From Cenarchaeum sp. (GTDB lineage: Archaea > Thermoproteota > Nitrososphaeria > Nitrososphaerales > Nitrosopumilaceae): a DNA stretch of 64,000 nt. Positions 29,019 through 38,722 of this stretch are shown here, one piece after another (positions within the stretch are counted from its first letter, which is position 1; each line of letters opens with the position of its first letter). The position numbers were made by a program, and so were the translations under genes. The notes under the pieces are model-generated. The model saw nothing but the letters and a program-made list of their open reading frames with translations, was not told the origin of the DNA and made no database searches. Where the stretch lies: positions 128,001 to 192,000 of the forward strand of contig OY843584.1 in assembly GCA_963692915.1 (NCBI GenBank). The letters are read 5' to 3'.

Positions 29019-29273
29019 ATGACCGAGACAAGGCCGGTGCGTGGGATAACGTACACGATAAAGGTGCACCCCGACGTGGCGAGGGACGGCAAGGCCATAC
29101 TCGACTCGATGCCCGGGGCCGAGCGCGAGCGGTACCTCGGGAGCGTCAGGGACGGCACGTTCACGCTCACCGAGACGTATGGCATACTCGCCATGGGCGA
29201 GGCCATATCGCGCGGCCGGGAGAGGGGCACGAGGGCGCGCAACGTGCGCGAGGGTCTGGAGGCGCTGTCCTGA
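29019..29273 (+). CDS. Small hypothetical protein (84 aa)
   Basis: Translationally coupled on both sides (TAGATG, TGATG). Confidence 0.6.
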   Translation: MTETRPVRGITYTIKVHPDVARDGKAILDSMPGAERERYLGSVRDGTFTLTETYGILAMGEAISRGRERGTRARNVREGLEALS

Positions 29274-29497
29274 TGACGAACTGCAACTGCGGCAACGGCT
29301 CTGCCCCGCACAAGGTCTGGTGCGCCATCCGCTCCGCCCAGCGCGAGCGACGCATGACACAGGCAGTGCGCCACGAGCCAAAACTGACAAAGGCACAAAA
29401 GCGCCTCGCCGACCATGACCGACACGTCAAGGCGTGGCGCGAGGTAGTCGAGAGGGTGCGCAACAACCTGGACAGCAATGCAGAGAACAAGTCCTAA
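29273..29497 (+). CDS. Small hypothetical protein, CxC...HxxxC plus RHVKAWR helix
   Basis: 74-aa ORF with TGATG coupling. Confidence 0.6.
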   Translation: MTNCNCGNGSAPHKVWCAIRSAQRERRMTQAVRHEPKLTKAQKRLADHDRHVKAWREVVERVRNNLDSNAENKS

Positions 29498-29889
29498 TGG
29501 CGGCCACAGCCACGCAAAGAGCCCCGGTTCAGCGTTGATGTCATGGTGGCAAATGCATACAATGCCATATTCGACAGGATGACACCCGAGTATCCGCCAT
29601 GGTTACCATCGGCATCTTTGTGATGATGGCCGCATTCGTTGTCGTGGACGAGAAGGGACCCTAAAACTATGCGGCTCTGTGGCCTGCCAGCGCGCAGATG
29701 CGCCTCGGTCACGCCGGCGTGGCCAGTCATCTGGCCGCGCCACTCTGGTGTGATGCGCTCGATGGACACCGGCCGCGCGACAAGATCCCCGTCACCGACA
29801 CCCCGTCATCACTCTGCCCCATTGCGCGACCCCGTGCGCACGATACGGGGTAAATGGTTAAAAGAAGCGCACCCTCGCCGGTTGCGCAC

Positions 29890-29964
29890 GGGCCAGTGGT
29901 TTAGTGGTATAATGCCGCGTTCGCAACGCGGAAGTCAGGGGTTCAATTCCCCTCTGGTCCACCA
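29890..29964 (+). tRNA. tRNA-Ala(CGC)
   Basis: GGGCCAG/CTGGTCC acceptor with G3:U70, anticodon loop TTCGCAA, GTTCAA T-loop, encoded CCA. Confidence 0.95.
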
Positions 29965-29976
29965 CATGATCTACGC

Positions 29977-31374
29977 CTAGGCGCCGGCTGCGCACCTGTT
30001 CGGGCCGGCCTCGAGGTCGGGGATCATTGCGGGGTTTAGCGGCATCGAGCCGCGATTGAAGCGGATTATCATCGAATAGTTTGGCGGCTTTGGCGGGATC
30101 GATGCAGTCACCCTCTTGACAAACTCGCCCCTCTCGGCGCCATAGAGCTCGCCTGACTTTAGCGCACCGACGCCGATGCCGTACGAGCCGTCTGGCGACG
30201 GCGTGGCGTCCTCTGACCTGTGTGACGGGAGTATGAGCGTGCCCTCGGGCAGCGCGCCGAGCCTCGAGTGGATTGTGTCATGCAGCTCGCCGGCAGCAGA
30301 CTCGGCGTCCTCGTGGAGGTCAGGCCTCCCGACACCGCCGGCAAACGCCGTGTCGCCGCAGAACGCAAGGCTCTCGGTGACATATGCCATGCTGCCCGGC
30401 GTGTGGCCCGGCACGCGCATAGCGCGCAGCTCGCCATCGCCAAACCGTATCGCATCACCATCACCAATGCGCTCGCACTCTATGTCATATTTCTCGCCGG
30501 CGCTAAGGTAGAGCTTTGCGCCAGTCGATGCCGCAAGCTCCCTTGATGCAGATATGTGGTCTGCGTGGCAGTGCGTGTCGGCGACTGCGACGATCTCGGC
30601 TCCAGCACCAGCGGCAATCCTCGCGTATGCGCCGACGGGATGGACTGCGTCGATGACGGCGGCCTTGCCCCCACTTGCGACAATGTACGAGAGGCAGCCC
30701 TTGCCGACCTTTTCGACCTGGATGACCTCCACGCTGCCACTCGATATCTTTTTGGGGACAAGAACCTGGCTCCAGCCGGCCATGCCGCCGTCAAGTGACG
30801 TAGACTCTATGCCGTTTCGCGCAAGCGCAAACGTGGCGACCATTGAGCGGTTGCCATGCGAGCATATCGTGACGACCTTTTTGTCCCTCGGTATGGCATC
30901 ACACGCGCCCTTTTCAAAGAGTTTGGCCAGCGGCACGTTGACTGCGCCGTCGATCATGTGCGCCGCGCACTCATCAGGCTCCCTGACATCGAGGAGGAAC
31001 ACGTCACTGCGACTCTGCCAGAGCTCGTCACCGGAGATGAGCGGGCTGTGCGAGCCCTTTATGGTCTGGCCTGCCCAGCTGGCCATGCCGCCCTCGAGGT
31101 GGTGCGCGTCGATGCCAAACTGGGCCATCATGCCGGCGTTGCGAGACGACTCGGCCCCGTCGGCGTCGATTAGGACCACCTTTGAGCCGCGCGGCATCTT
31201 TGCCATGATGATCTGCTTTTGCTGCATCGAGCCGCAGCGCGCGTTGGCCGCGCCCCTCACGTGGCCGGCCACATAGTCATCGGCGGGTCGCATGTCGAGT
31301 ATCATCGTGCCGTCGCCTGCGGCGATGATCGACTCTAGGTCGCCTGCGCTGATTCCCGTGCCCATTGCTGGCAT
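29977..31374 (-). CDS. Tandem rhodanese + MBL-fold (persulfide dioxygenase-like) protein
   Basis: LDVREP, CSHGNRS, THCHADH, PGHTPG, GDT, GRPDL. Confidence 0.88.
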   Translation of the reverse strand: MPAMGTGISAGDLESIIAAGDGTMILDMRPADDYVAGHVRGAANARCGSMQQKQIIMAKMPRGSKVVLIDADGAESSRNAGMMAQFGIDAHHLEGGMASWAGQTIKGSHSPLISGDELWQSRSDVFLLDVREPDECAAHMIDGAVNVPLAKLFEKGACDAIPRDKKVVTICSHGNRSMVATFALARNGIESTSLDGGMAGWSQVLVPKKISSGSVEVIQVEKVGKGCLSYIVASGGKAAVIDAVHPVGAYARIAAGAGAEIVAVADTHCHADHISASRELAASTGAKLYLSAGEKYDIECERIGDGDAIRFGDGELRAMRVPGHTPGSMAYVTESLAFCGDTAFAGGVGRPDLHEDAESAAGELHDTIHSRLGALPEGTLILPSHRSEDATPSPDGSYGIGVGALKSGELYGAERGEFVKRVTASIPPKPPNYSMIIRFNRGSMPLNPAMIPDLEAGPNRCAAGA

Positions 31375-31522
31375 GGCGATTCATGCCAAATTTAGCGTTT
31401 TGCCGTGAGCCGCCTGTGGCTTGACGGCATGTGCGCACACGTGCCTGTCCGGTGCGGCCGGCACCGTACGTGCGCGCGGCTGCGCCGACACGATTTTACA
31501 AGGCGCAGCCCGTGCGCGCCCC

Positions 31523-32689
31523 ATGTGGCGCGCGTATGGCCTTCTCGTGCTGGCGATCCTGGTGATCCCGTGCGCAGCGTCTGCGCAGATAATCTCGCCG
31601 GGCGACCCCGTTCAGCCCCCGCGGGGCCAGCAGGGCACGCCTGGCCTCATCCCTGATCCGGTCGGGCGCACCGGCGCACTCTTGCCGACGCCGACTCCGC
31701 AGGGAGGCGCACAGGACGGCTCTGCGGCACAGGGCCTCTGGGTCTCGCACGCGCGCATGTCAGTCGCGCGCTCTGAGGTCGCCGTCGTCGCAGTCGACGA
31801 CACGGTCTACGTTATCGCCGGACTCGACGCCGACGGCCGCGCGACGCGCACACTAGAGGCATACGACACTGTGTCTGGAACGTGGAGCACGCGCGCACCC
31901 GCGCCCGATGCGCTGCACCATGCGGCCGCTGCGACTGATGGTGCGCTAGTCTATGTCGTTGGCGGATACACGCCCTTTGGCATTCCTTCATCCTCGCTAT
32001 ACGTGTATGATCCACTCGATGACTCGTGGTCGTCCGGCCCACACATGCCAACTGCGCGCGGGGCGCTCGCCGCCGCGTTTGTTGGCACGAGCCTGTATGC
32101 GCTTGGCGGTGCGGCATACGGCAGGGCACTAGACACCGCCGAGGTGTATGACACGTCGACGGGATCGTGGGACACGATCGCGCCCATGCCAACTGCACGA
32201 GACCATCTTGCGGCAGCCACACTTGACGCGCGTGTGCATGCGATCGGCGGGCGCAACATATCGCTCTCATCGAACACCGGCGCGCACGAGGCGTACAGTG
32301 CGGCACTCGGAGCCTGGGAGGAGCTAGATGGCCTGCCCACTCCGCGCGGCGGGCTGGCCGCAGCGTCCATCGGCGGCAGCATATTTGTCATCGGCGGCGA
32401 GCAGACGCTCGGGACGTTTGCGCACAACGAGCACTATGTCGCCGGCACCGGATGGGCAGCCGCCGAGGACATGCCGACTGCAAGGCACGGCCTCGGTGCG
32501 GCGGCAGCCGGCGAGCGCATATACGTCATGGCCGGCGGCATAGAGCCCGGCGGGGGCGTGAGCGGCCTGGTCGAGTCGTACCGTGACCCCGTTCACGTGC
32601 CCGAGTTTGGCGCAGTTGCGGCAACCATGGCCGTCGCGCTAGGGGCGGCCGCGGCCGCCGGCGCGCTCACTCGCCGAGCACCCCGATGA
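31523..32689 (+). CDS. Secreted Kelch-repeat protein with PEFG-CTERM-like anchor
   Basis: Signal peptide, six Kelch blades (YVxGG...YD...W...MPTAR), C-terminal VPEFG + TM + RR. Confidence 0.85.
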   Translation: MWRAYGLLVLAILVIPCAASAQIISPGDPVQPPRGQQGTPGLIPDPVGRTGALLPTPTPQGGAQDGSAAQGLWVSHARMSVARSEVAVVAVDDTVYVIAGLDADGRATRTLEAYDTVSGTWSTRAPAPDALHHAAAATDGALVYVVGGYTPFGIPSSSLYVYDPLDDSWSSGPHMPTARGALAAAFVGTSLYALGGAAYGRALDTAEVYDTSTGSWDTIAPMPTARDHLAAATLDARVHAIGGRNISLSSNTGAHEAYSAALGAWEELDGLPTPRGGLAAASIGGSIFVIGGEQTLGTFAHNEHYVAGTGWAAAEDMPTARHGLGAAAAGERIYVMAGGIEPGGGVSGLVESYRDPVHVPEFGAVAATMAVALGAAAAAGALTRRAPR

Positions 32690-34199
32690 CCTTTCCGGGA
32701 ATGTCGCCTAGCCTGCTGACTGCAAGAACCCTCTCATAGCCGAGTCCGCGCAGGTTGGCCGCTATTGCAGTCGCGCGCACGACGTCAGGCCCCAGGCCCA
32801 GCGCGCACATTCTCGTTCCGGCCGAGCGCGCCGCGATGACTGACTCGCGAACCGCGCCGGCGTTGGAGGGCTCGCCGTCAGTCATCGTGAGGAGCGTCTG
32901 CGGCCGCTCGATCGCAATCACCCTTGCCATCGTCCCGTACACCTCGGCTAGCGGCGTTGACCCGTTGGCCTCGATCTGGGCCAAGCGCCTCGCGCAGGGA
33001 ACGTCCCACCTCTGCGCGGCGCGCTTTATCTCCCAGCACACGACTGACTTTGCTGACGTGCTAAACGCGTATACCGAAAAGCGCGCACGCAGCAGCGCGA
33101 GAACCTCGCAGAGGGCGAGTGCGGCCTTTTTGTACTCGGACTGCGAGGAGGCGATGCTCGAGGAGTGGTCCAGGAGCATCATCACATCTGCGTGAATCTC
33201 GCGCCGCTCATCGCGCACAAAGGCGCCTTGGGCCGAGCCTGACTCGATGTGCGCCTCGACGTCAAGCTCGTCGCCGCTTGAGGCGTGCGTCTCTGACCAG
33301 CGCGACTTCCAGTCGCGAAACCGCATCTTTAGGCGCGCGATGAGCTCGTGGTCATATATCGAGGACTCGTCGACATCGGTGAGCGGCGGCACGCACAGGC
33401 CGGCGAACACCTGCTCGCCGCCCCCGCCGGCGACTCCCCTGAGCGACTCGTACTCGCCGAGGATCGCCTCATCGGCAACTGCGGCGCGCGATGTCCCCTT
33501 TGGGATCCCCATGGCCCCCTCGACTCGCGTAATGGACCTCGGGATGTCATCCTCGCCTAGCGGCATGTCCGGCCTCGACCACGGGAACGCAATGGGCACG
33601 CTCGCTATGGGGTCAAGCTCGAGCTCGCGCAGTATGGCCGGCACTGCGGCCTCTAGGGCATCAGCATCGCCTCCGAGTGCGGCCTCGACTGCGCCTGAGC
33701 CGAGCTCGCCGGCCCTCACGGCAGCGTCGAGCTGCCTCTCGGATATGTCGCCCTTTGTGTCGCCGAACAAAAAGTTCTGCAAAAACGCCTCGGCTGTCCG
33801 TGGCCTGCCATAGACGGAGTTGAGGAGCGGCCTGTATAGCCACTGAAACGCGTGGTTGAATATGACCTCGCCGGCCATGCCGCGCCACTCGCGCAGTCCG
33901 GCGATCTCTGTGCGGCGGACCTCAAGGGCGTTGAGGACAAAGCCAAAGGCGTGGTCGCCGCTCATGTCGCGTCCGCCATGGCGCCTCCGCATCGCCGCGT
34001 GCCAGACGTTGGCCCGAACCTGCCTGTACCTGTCAAGGCCCGAGCCGGAGAGTGACTCCATCGGCGCGACGCGAATGGTCTTGCCCGCGCGCCACGGCGC
34101 CGGCAGGAATGACACGACGACGCGTCCGTCGCCAGACCAGCAGCGGGCCAGGAACGTGGCGATCTCGGCAGTCGCGCCGGATCCGAGCCCGTCGCGCAC
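32667..34199 (-). CDS. vWA-domain protein (partner of MoxR/CbbQ ATPase)
   Basis: MIDAS DHSSS, GSTP, TDGEP. Confidence 0.85.
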   Translation of the reverse strand: MRDGLGSGATAEIATFLARCWSGDGRVVVSFLPAPWRAGKTIRVAPMESLSGSGLDRYRQVRANVWHAAMRRRHGGRDMSGDHAFGFVLNALEVRRTEIAGLREWRGMAGEVIFNHAFQWLYRPLLNSVYGRPRTAEAFLQNFLFGDTKGDISERQLDAAVRAGELGSGAVEAALGGDADALEAAVPAILRELELDPIASVPIAFPWSRPDMPLGEDDIPRSITRVEGAMGIPKGTSRAAVADEAILGEYESLRGVAGGGGEQVFAGLCVPPLTDVDESSIYDHELIARLKMRFRDWKSRWSETHASSGDELDVEAHIESGSAQGAFVRDERREIHADVMMLLDHSSSIASSQSEYKKAALALCEVLALLRARFSVYAFSTSAKSVVCWEIKRAAQRWDVPCARRLAQIEANGSTPLAEVYGTMARVIAIERPQTLLTMTDGEPSNAGAVRESVIAARSAGTRMCALGLGPDVVRATAIAANLRGLGYERVLAVSRLGDIPGKVIGVLGE

Positions 34200-35030
34200 C
34201 TACTGCCCCCCAAAGATCGACGTTATGATTCCTGCCACCTTTTTGTGCTCGATCTCGCCCCACTGCGCGTACACGTTGCCAAAGACGGTGCCGGCGGCCT
34301 CGCCGGCGGCCATGCCGGACTGCACGAGCCGGCCGTACGCTATGGTCTCGCGCAGGCTCGGCGCGTATGCGAGCTCTTCTACTGCGGCGGCTTCGCGAAG
34401 CGCGCCGGCGAGGCGAATTCCGGACCTGAGGTCGCCGTCATCACATCCGGACTCGCCGATGTGGCGCCTCGCGATTGCCTCCTCGGTCTCTGGCGGCGGG
34501 TACTCTAGCCTTATCCTGACCGGAAAGCGGCTCAAGAGCTGCGGCGGGAGCTCTTTTGTGCCGACATGTGAGAGCGGGTTTATCGTCGCGACTGCAAACC
34601 AGCCCTCGGCTGCCTTGACTGACTCGCCGGCTGACTCTTTTAGGACGAGCTCGCGCCGGTCGTCGAGTGCCTCATCAAGCCTGAGGAGGACGTCAGCCTC
34701 GGCTGCGTTGAGCTCGTCGAGGTACATGACACCGCCGCGCCTCATCGACCTCACGAGAACGCCCTCTGAAAATGCAACGTTGCCGCCCTCGAGAGTCTTT
34801 GATCCCACAAGGTGGCTCTCGCGCGTGCGCAGGCTAAAGTTGGCCGACTCGAGGGCCAGGCCGCGCGACTTTGCGAACTCGCGCACGAGCGTGGTCTTGC
34901 CGGTTCCCTTGGGCCCTATGACTAGCGCAAAGAGTCCGGCGTCGTGTGCGCGGCCGAGTGTCTCTAGTGAGCCGTTCCAGTCAAGGTATCCGGCCGTGGT
35001 CATGTGCGCGGCGCGGGGAGGGATAGCCAA
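34200..35030 (-). CDS. CbbQ/NirQ/NorQ/MoxR-family AAA+ ATPase
   Basis: GPKGTGKT, YLDELN, ATINP, LLSRF. Confidence 0.9.
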   Translation of the reverse strand: MAIPPRAAHMTTAGYLDWNGSLETLGRAHDAGLFALVIGPKGTGKTTLVREFAKSRGLALESANFSLRTRESHLVGSKTLEGGNVAFSEGVLVRSMRRGGVMYLDELNAAEADVLLRLDEALDDRRELVLKESAGESVKAAEGWFAVATINPLSHVGTKELPPQLLSRFPVRIRLEYPPPETEEAIARRHIGESGCDDGDLRSGIRLAGALREAAAVEELAYAPSLRETIAYGRLVQSGMAAGEAAGTVFGNVYAQWGEIEHKKVAGIITSIFGGQ

Positions 35031-35190
35031 TTAAACCTTGTATTGGGCCAAGCCGACACTGCAACGCTGAACCACGCCTGTCCGGACATTCAGATTCCGG
35101 GCAGTATAATGTGGGATCATGGAGCCTGCCTATGATCAGCATACCTGGGCATTTGTGAGCCGTGCAGCAGTGCGCACGAGACAGGCGCGA

Positions 35191-36645
35191 CTAGGTGTAC
35201 TTTGCCATGGCCATGCCGGCACCGTCGAGAATCTTGTGGAGGTGGCCCCTCCATGCGGCAAACCCGTCCGGACTGGACGGAAAGTCGCGATAGTGCGCAG
35301 TGAGGAGCTTGTTCTGCCCCGTCGTCGTGCGCAGGCCCGCGGCAAGCCTCCTGTTGAGCGCGCCACGGATGAGTATGCTGAGGCGGCCAACGCCACCAAA
35401 GTCCGGATGCTCGCCCTTTGATATGGCCTCGACGTCCATGTCGCCCAAAAAGTGCTTCATGCCATAGTTGATCTGCTCGTTGGTCAGCGTCTGGATGAAC
35501 CTGCGAAAGACCTCTAGGCCGGCAGTCTTGTACCCATACTCGTCAATGTACTCCTTGTTGTACTGCCACAGGCCGCCCTCGCCGGTGTCGCCTGACTCTA
35601 CTGCGGCGACTGCGCACTTGCCGGCGATCGTTCCGGCAATGAGGGCCGGCCCTATGCCACCGGCGTCAAGCGGCTTTGGCATCCACGCCGAGTCGCCAAC
35701 TAGCATATATCCGCCCGAGACGAGGCAGTCATTCTGTCTCCTCACTGAGACCTGAAAGTTTCCGGTCGCATTGTCCGCATCCACTGCGTCCTCGGACAGG
35801 CGCGCGTTCTTTATCGCGCGGTTGCGCGCGACATACTCGTCGATTAGTCCAGAGACCGCATCGCTCTTGCCGAGGCGCGCGTTGCGCTTTTCCAAAAGCG
35901 TCTTTTCAACACCGAGGCCAATGTTGACCTTGTCCTTGCCCTTTGGAAAGACCCACCCGTATCCGCCCGGTGCTATGTCCTGGTCGAGGTGTATTATGCA
36001 ATAGTCGGGATCAAACTCGGTCTTGTCCTCCTCGCCGCCATCAAAGTACATTATGTGGCGCCCCGTCGACTCTACGTCCTTCCTGTCGACCTTTCGCTCT
36101 ATCTTGTCGGTGTTGCGAACCTGGTTGCGCAGCATCGACGTCATGCCCGTGGTGTCAACTACGATCTTGGCGCTTTTCCTGTATGACTCGCCGGACTTTG
36201 CCCTGCCCTCGACGCCGCAGACGTTGTCCCCGTCATAGACGAGACCCGTGAGGTTTATCCCAAAGTCAAACTCGACGCCCATCTTGACTGCGCGCCGGTT
36301 CTGCTCTTGCGGGAGGAGCTGCCTGTTTAGCATGTATCCCTCGCCGTCAAACGGTATGGCAGTCTCGCGGTCCGGCGAGAAGGCCATGACGCCTTTCACG
36401 GTGTGCTCGATCTCCGGACTGGTCCATTTCACGCCCGTGCGCTCGCTCATATAGTCGATGGCCTCCTTGCTCACCGCATCGCCGCATATCCAGCCGCTCA
36501 CGCTCTTGCTGCCGGGCATCCTCTCGGGGCTGCGGTCCACGACTAGGACGCGCAGGCCCTGCGAGGAGTGCTTTGCGACCGAGTGCGCAACGACGGTGCC
36601 GGCGAGGCCGCCGCCGGCAATTATGACGTCATAGTCATGCTCCAT
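35191..36645 (-). CDS. Geranylgeranyl reductase family FAD oxidoreductase
   Basis: IAGGGLAG, CGDA, PGGYGWVFPK, VGDSA..PKPLDAGGI. Confidence 0.88.
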   Translation of the reverse strand: MEHDYDVIIAGGGLAGTVVAHSVAKHSSQGLRVLVVDRSPERMPGSKSVSGWICGDAVSKEAIDYMSERTGVKWTSPEIEHTVKGVMAFSPDRETAIPFDGEGYMLNRQLLPQEQNRRAVKMGVEFDFGINLTGLVYDGDNVCGVEGRAKSGESYRKSAKIVVDTTGMTSMLRNQVRNTDKIERKVDRKDVESTGRHIMYFDGGEEDKTEFDPDYCIIHLDQDIAPGGYGWVFPKGKDKVNIGLGVEKTLLEKRNARLGKSDAVSGLIDEYVARNRAIKNARLSEDAVDADNATGNFQVSVRRQNDCLVSGGYMLVGDSAWMPKPLDAGGIGPALIAGTIAGKCAVAAVESGDTGEGGLWQYNKEYIDEYGYKTAGLEVFRRFIQTLTNEQINYGMKHFLGDMDVEAISKGEHPDFGGVGRLSILIRGALNRRLAAGLRTTTGQNKLLTAHYRDFPSSPDGFAAWRGHLHKILDGAGMAMAKYT

Positions 36646-36703
36646 GGATCGCGCGCCGCCGCGTGATTCTATTTAAAACCATCTTGGGCCCCGCGATGTC
36701 GCG

Positions 36704-37153
36704 CTATTGCGGCGCGGCGAGGAGCTCGGCGAGGGACGACTCGACGTCTGCACGCCTGTCATCAGGCGCCCTTATGCGAACGACGACCTCGCCGCCGCGC
36801 GGCGCAAACTCGCCGGCAAGCGTTGCGCGCCCCGCAATGAGATCCTGCTTGTCAAGCCTGACGCTGATGGTTCCGTCATGCAGGCGCGCGCGAACCTCGG
36901 CTACGGCGTCTGCGCGTGACTTGCAGCCTAGCGCACCTCGAACAGCCCGCAGCGCAGTCTCGGCATCGCGCACCGTCGCGCCCAGGACGGTGATTGCGTT
37001 GCCAAAGTGGCCGCGCAGGACAGACCTTGCGGCGGGATCAGGGCTCGCCCCGAGCATGCGATCCAGTGCGGCAGTCACCACACCCTCGCTCTCTGTGGCA
37101 TGCAGTATCGCGCTAACGGATATGCCTGCGCGCCCTGAACCGGCCCGCGCCAT
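36704..37153 (-). CDS. Putative RNA-binding protein (archaeal exosome-associated family)
   Basis: HATE, GHFGN.I, RLDKQ motifs; follows rps3ae. Confidence 0.75.
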   Translation of the reverse strand: MARAGSGRAGISVSAILHATESEGVVTAALDRMLGASPDPAARSVLRGHFGNAITVLGATVRDAETALRAVRGALGCKSRADAVAEVRARLHDGTISVRLDKQDLIAGRATLAGEFAPRGGEVVVRIRAPDDRRADVESSLAELLAAPQ

Positions 37154-37764
37154 CAGGCCTTTAGGAGCGTAATCTGCTCCTCGGCCGTCTTGATGAGCTT
37201 TACCTTTTCGAGCCCAACGTGCCTCACGCGCACAATCCTCTTGACTCCGGCCATTATCTCCGAGTTTATCGCGTTATAGCACGTTGCCTGGACAAACTGG
37301 TCTATGGTCATGCCGGGAATCTTTTTCTCGATGATCTCTCGCACGACGAGGCGGAGCGCGTGCTTTTTTGACGAGTTTAGCTGGTGCTGCGTGAGGACGA
37401 TGACCTTTATGCGGAACGTATAGCCGTCCTTCGTCGAGACGTCGGTGATAAAGTTGACCTTTGAGGAGCCCCTCCTGATGAGGCTGCGCAGGAACTCCTT
37501 TGCGTACTCGTACCCCCTGAATATCGTGCGGGCCTCCTCGCCGTCGACCTCGACGATCTTGAAGTAGAGCTTGTACTGGTGCTGGGACGCGTCGCCCTTT
37601 AGTATGTCATATAGCGTCGTCTCGACGACCCTGCCGCCGAGGCTGTCCTCGTCGGTGATCGGCACATAGGCTACTGGCTCGTTGCCAAACGAGTCTGGCG
37701 TGCGCACGGTGACCCACTTTTTCTCGCGCCACCGATCCTTTACTCTTCCCTTTTTGCGAGCCAA
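37153..37764 (-). CDS. rps3ae: 30S ribosomal protein S3Ae (eS1)
   Basis: VKDRWREKKW, GRVVETTLYD, LRSLIRRGSSK. Confidence 0.95.
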   Translation of the reverse strand: MARKKGRVKDRWREKKWVTVRTPDSFGNEPVAYVPITDEDSLGGRVVETTLYDILKGDASQHQYKLYFKIVEVDGEEARTIFRGYEYAKEFLRSLIRRGSSKVNFITDVSTKDGYTFRIKVIVLTQHQLNSSKKHALRLVVREIIEKKIPGMTIDQFVQATCYNAINSEIMAGVKRIVRVRHVGLEKVKLIKTAEEQITLLKA

Positions 37765-37815
37765 TTGTGGGCAGGCCTCCTGCGCCTTGTTATAAAGGCA
37801 TACGGGGCGCGTGGG

Positions 37816-37925
37816 TATGAGGTCAGCACCCTCTGCTCATTTGGCCAAATAGGCGTGATCCTGTCGATCTACTTGACACTTCGGCTCTTGTCTAGGCATG
37901 AACGTGCAGAAATGCTGACCTCATG
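37816..37925. mobile_element. 110-bp MITE-like element (inverted relative to the 17945 copy)
   Basis: TATGAGGTCAGCAC...TGCTGACCTCATG; core GCTCATTTGGCCAAATAGGCGTGATCCTGTCGATCT identical to the reverse complement of the 17945 copy. Confidence 0.85.
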
Positions 37926-38164
37926 CGCGTGTGGCCTGCGGCCGTGCGCCATCCTCGAGCGCGAACCGCATGCCATGGACGGCATGACGGCCAGTCGCCG
38001 TACAGGGGCGGATCTTGACCAACTGGTTTTATAGGGACTGCTGGCTCGTTTGGGGCGATGAGCGGGGGTTATGGGGAGGTCGTTTGGCCTTCCGATCAGG
38101 CGGATTTGGGCCATTTTGGGGCAAAAAACCGGCCAAGAGTTATAAAGTACTTGTATGGTAGGGT

Positions 38165-38722
38165 GTGGTAATGAATGCATACGACGCAATACTGATGACG
38201 CTGCACGCCAACGACGAGCTGCTCGGCCCTGAGAGGGTCGGCGAGCGGCCAGTTGGGCGAACGGCAATGCAAAAGCTCATCTATTTTGAAACGCGCATCT
38301 TAAAGAGCGATATGTTCTTTAACGCCTACTATTATGGCCCGTTTAGCCCCGGCGTCTCTGAGGGTCTTGCGCGGCTAGGGGCGTTTGGATACGTGCGCGA
38401 GTACGTGCCGCCCTCGTCCTTCCTCGGGTATGAATACCACCTGACAAAGGACGGCAAGGAATTTGCCGCTGACCTGTCACAGAATGAGCCATATGCGAAG
38501 ATTAAGGATGTGGTAAAAACTTGTTCGGACTTTTGCGATCTCCGCCAGCTCGCACTGTCTTACGCGGCAAAGACGCACTTTCTTAGCAGCAAGCTCTACA
38601 AGAGCATGAACAAGTCAAACAACAACGACATTGCCGCATTGGGCAAAAATTTTGGTTGGGTGATAGATCCAAAAGATGTCCGTGATGGCAAAAAGCTGCT
38701 TCGGGCATTAAAACTTGACTAG
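38165..38722 (+). CDS. YwgA/Panacea(SocA)-like protein
   Basis: GRTAMQKLIYF...FNAYYYGPFS...Y.LT..G signature. Confidence 0.72.
   Translation: MVMNAYDAILMTLHANDELLGPERVGERPVGRTAMQKLIYFETRILKSDMFFNAYYYGPFSPGVSEGLARLGAFGYVREYVPPSSFLGYEYHLTKDGKEFAADLSQNEPYAKIKDVVKTCSDFCDLRQLALSYAAKTHFLSSKLYKSMNKSNNNDIAALGKNFGWVIDPKDVRDGKKLLRALKLD

Noticed and set aside
32667-35030. MoxR-type ATPase + vWA pair as a novel system
   Set aside because: Well-known chaperone-like pairing with host-like composition
37930-38130. Possible additional IS end upstream of the Panacea-HD cassette
   Set aside because: No partner inverted repeat or second copy found in the window
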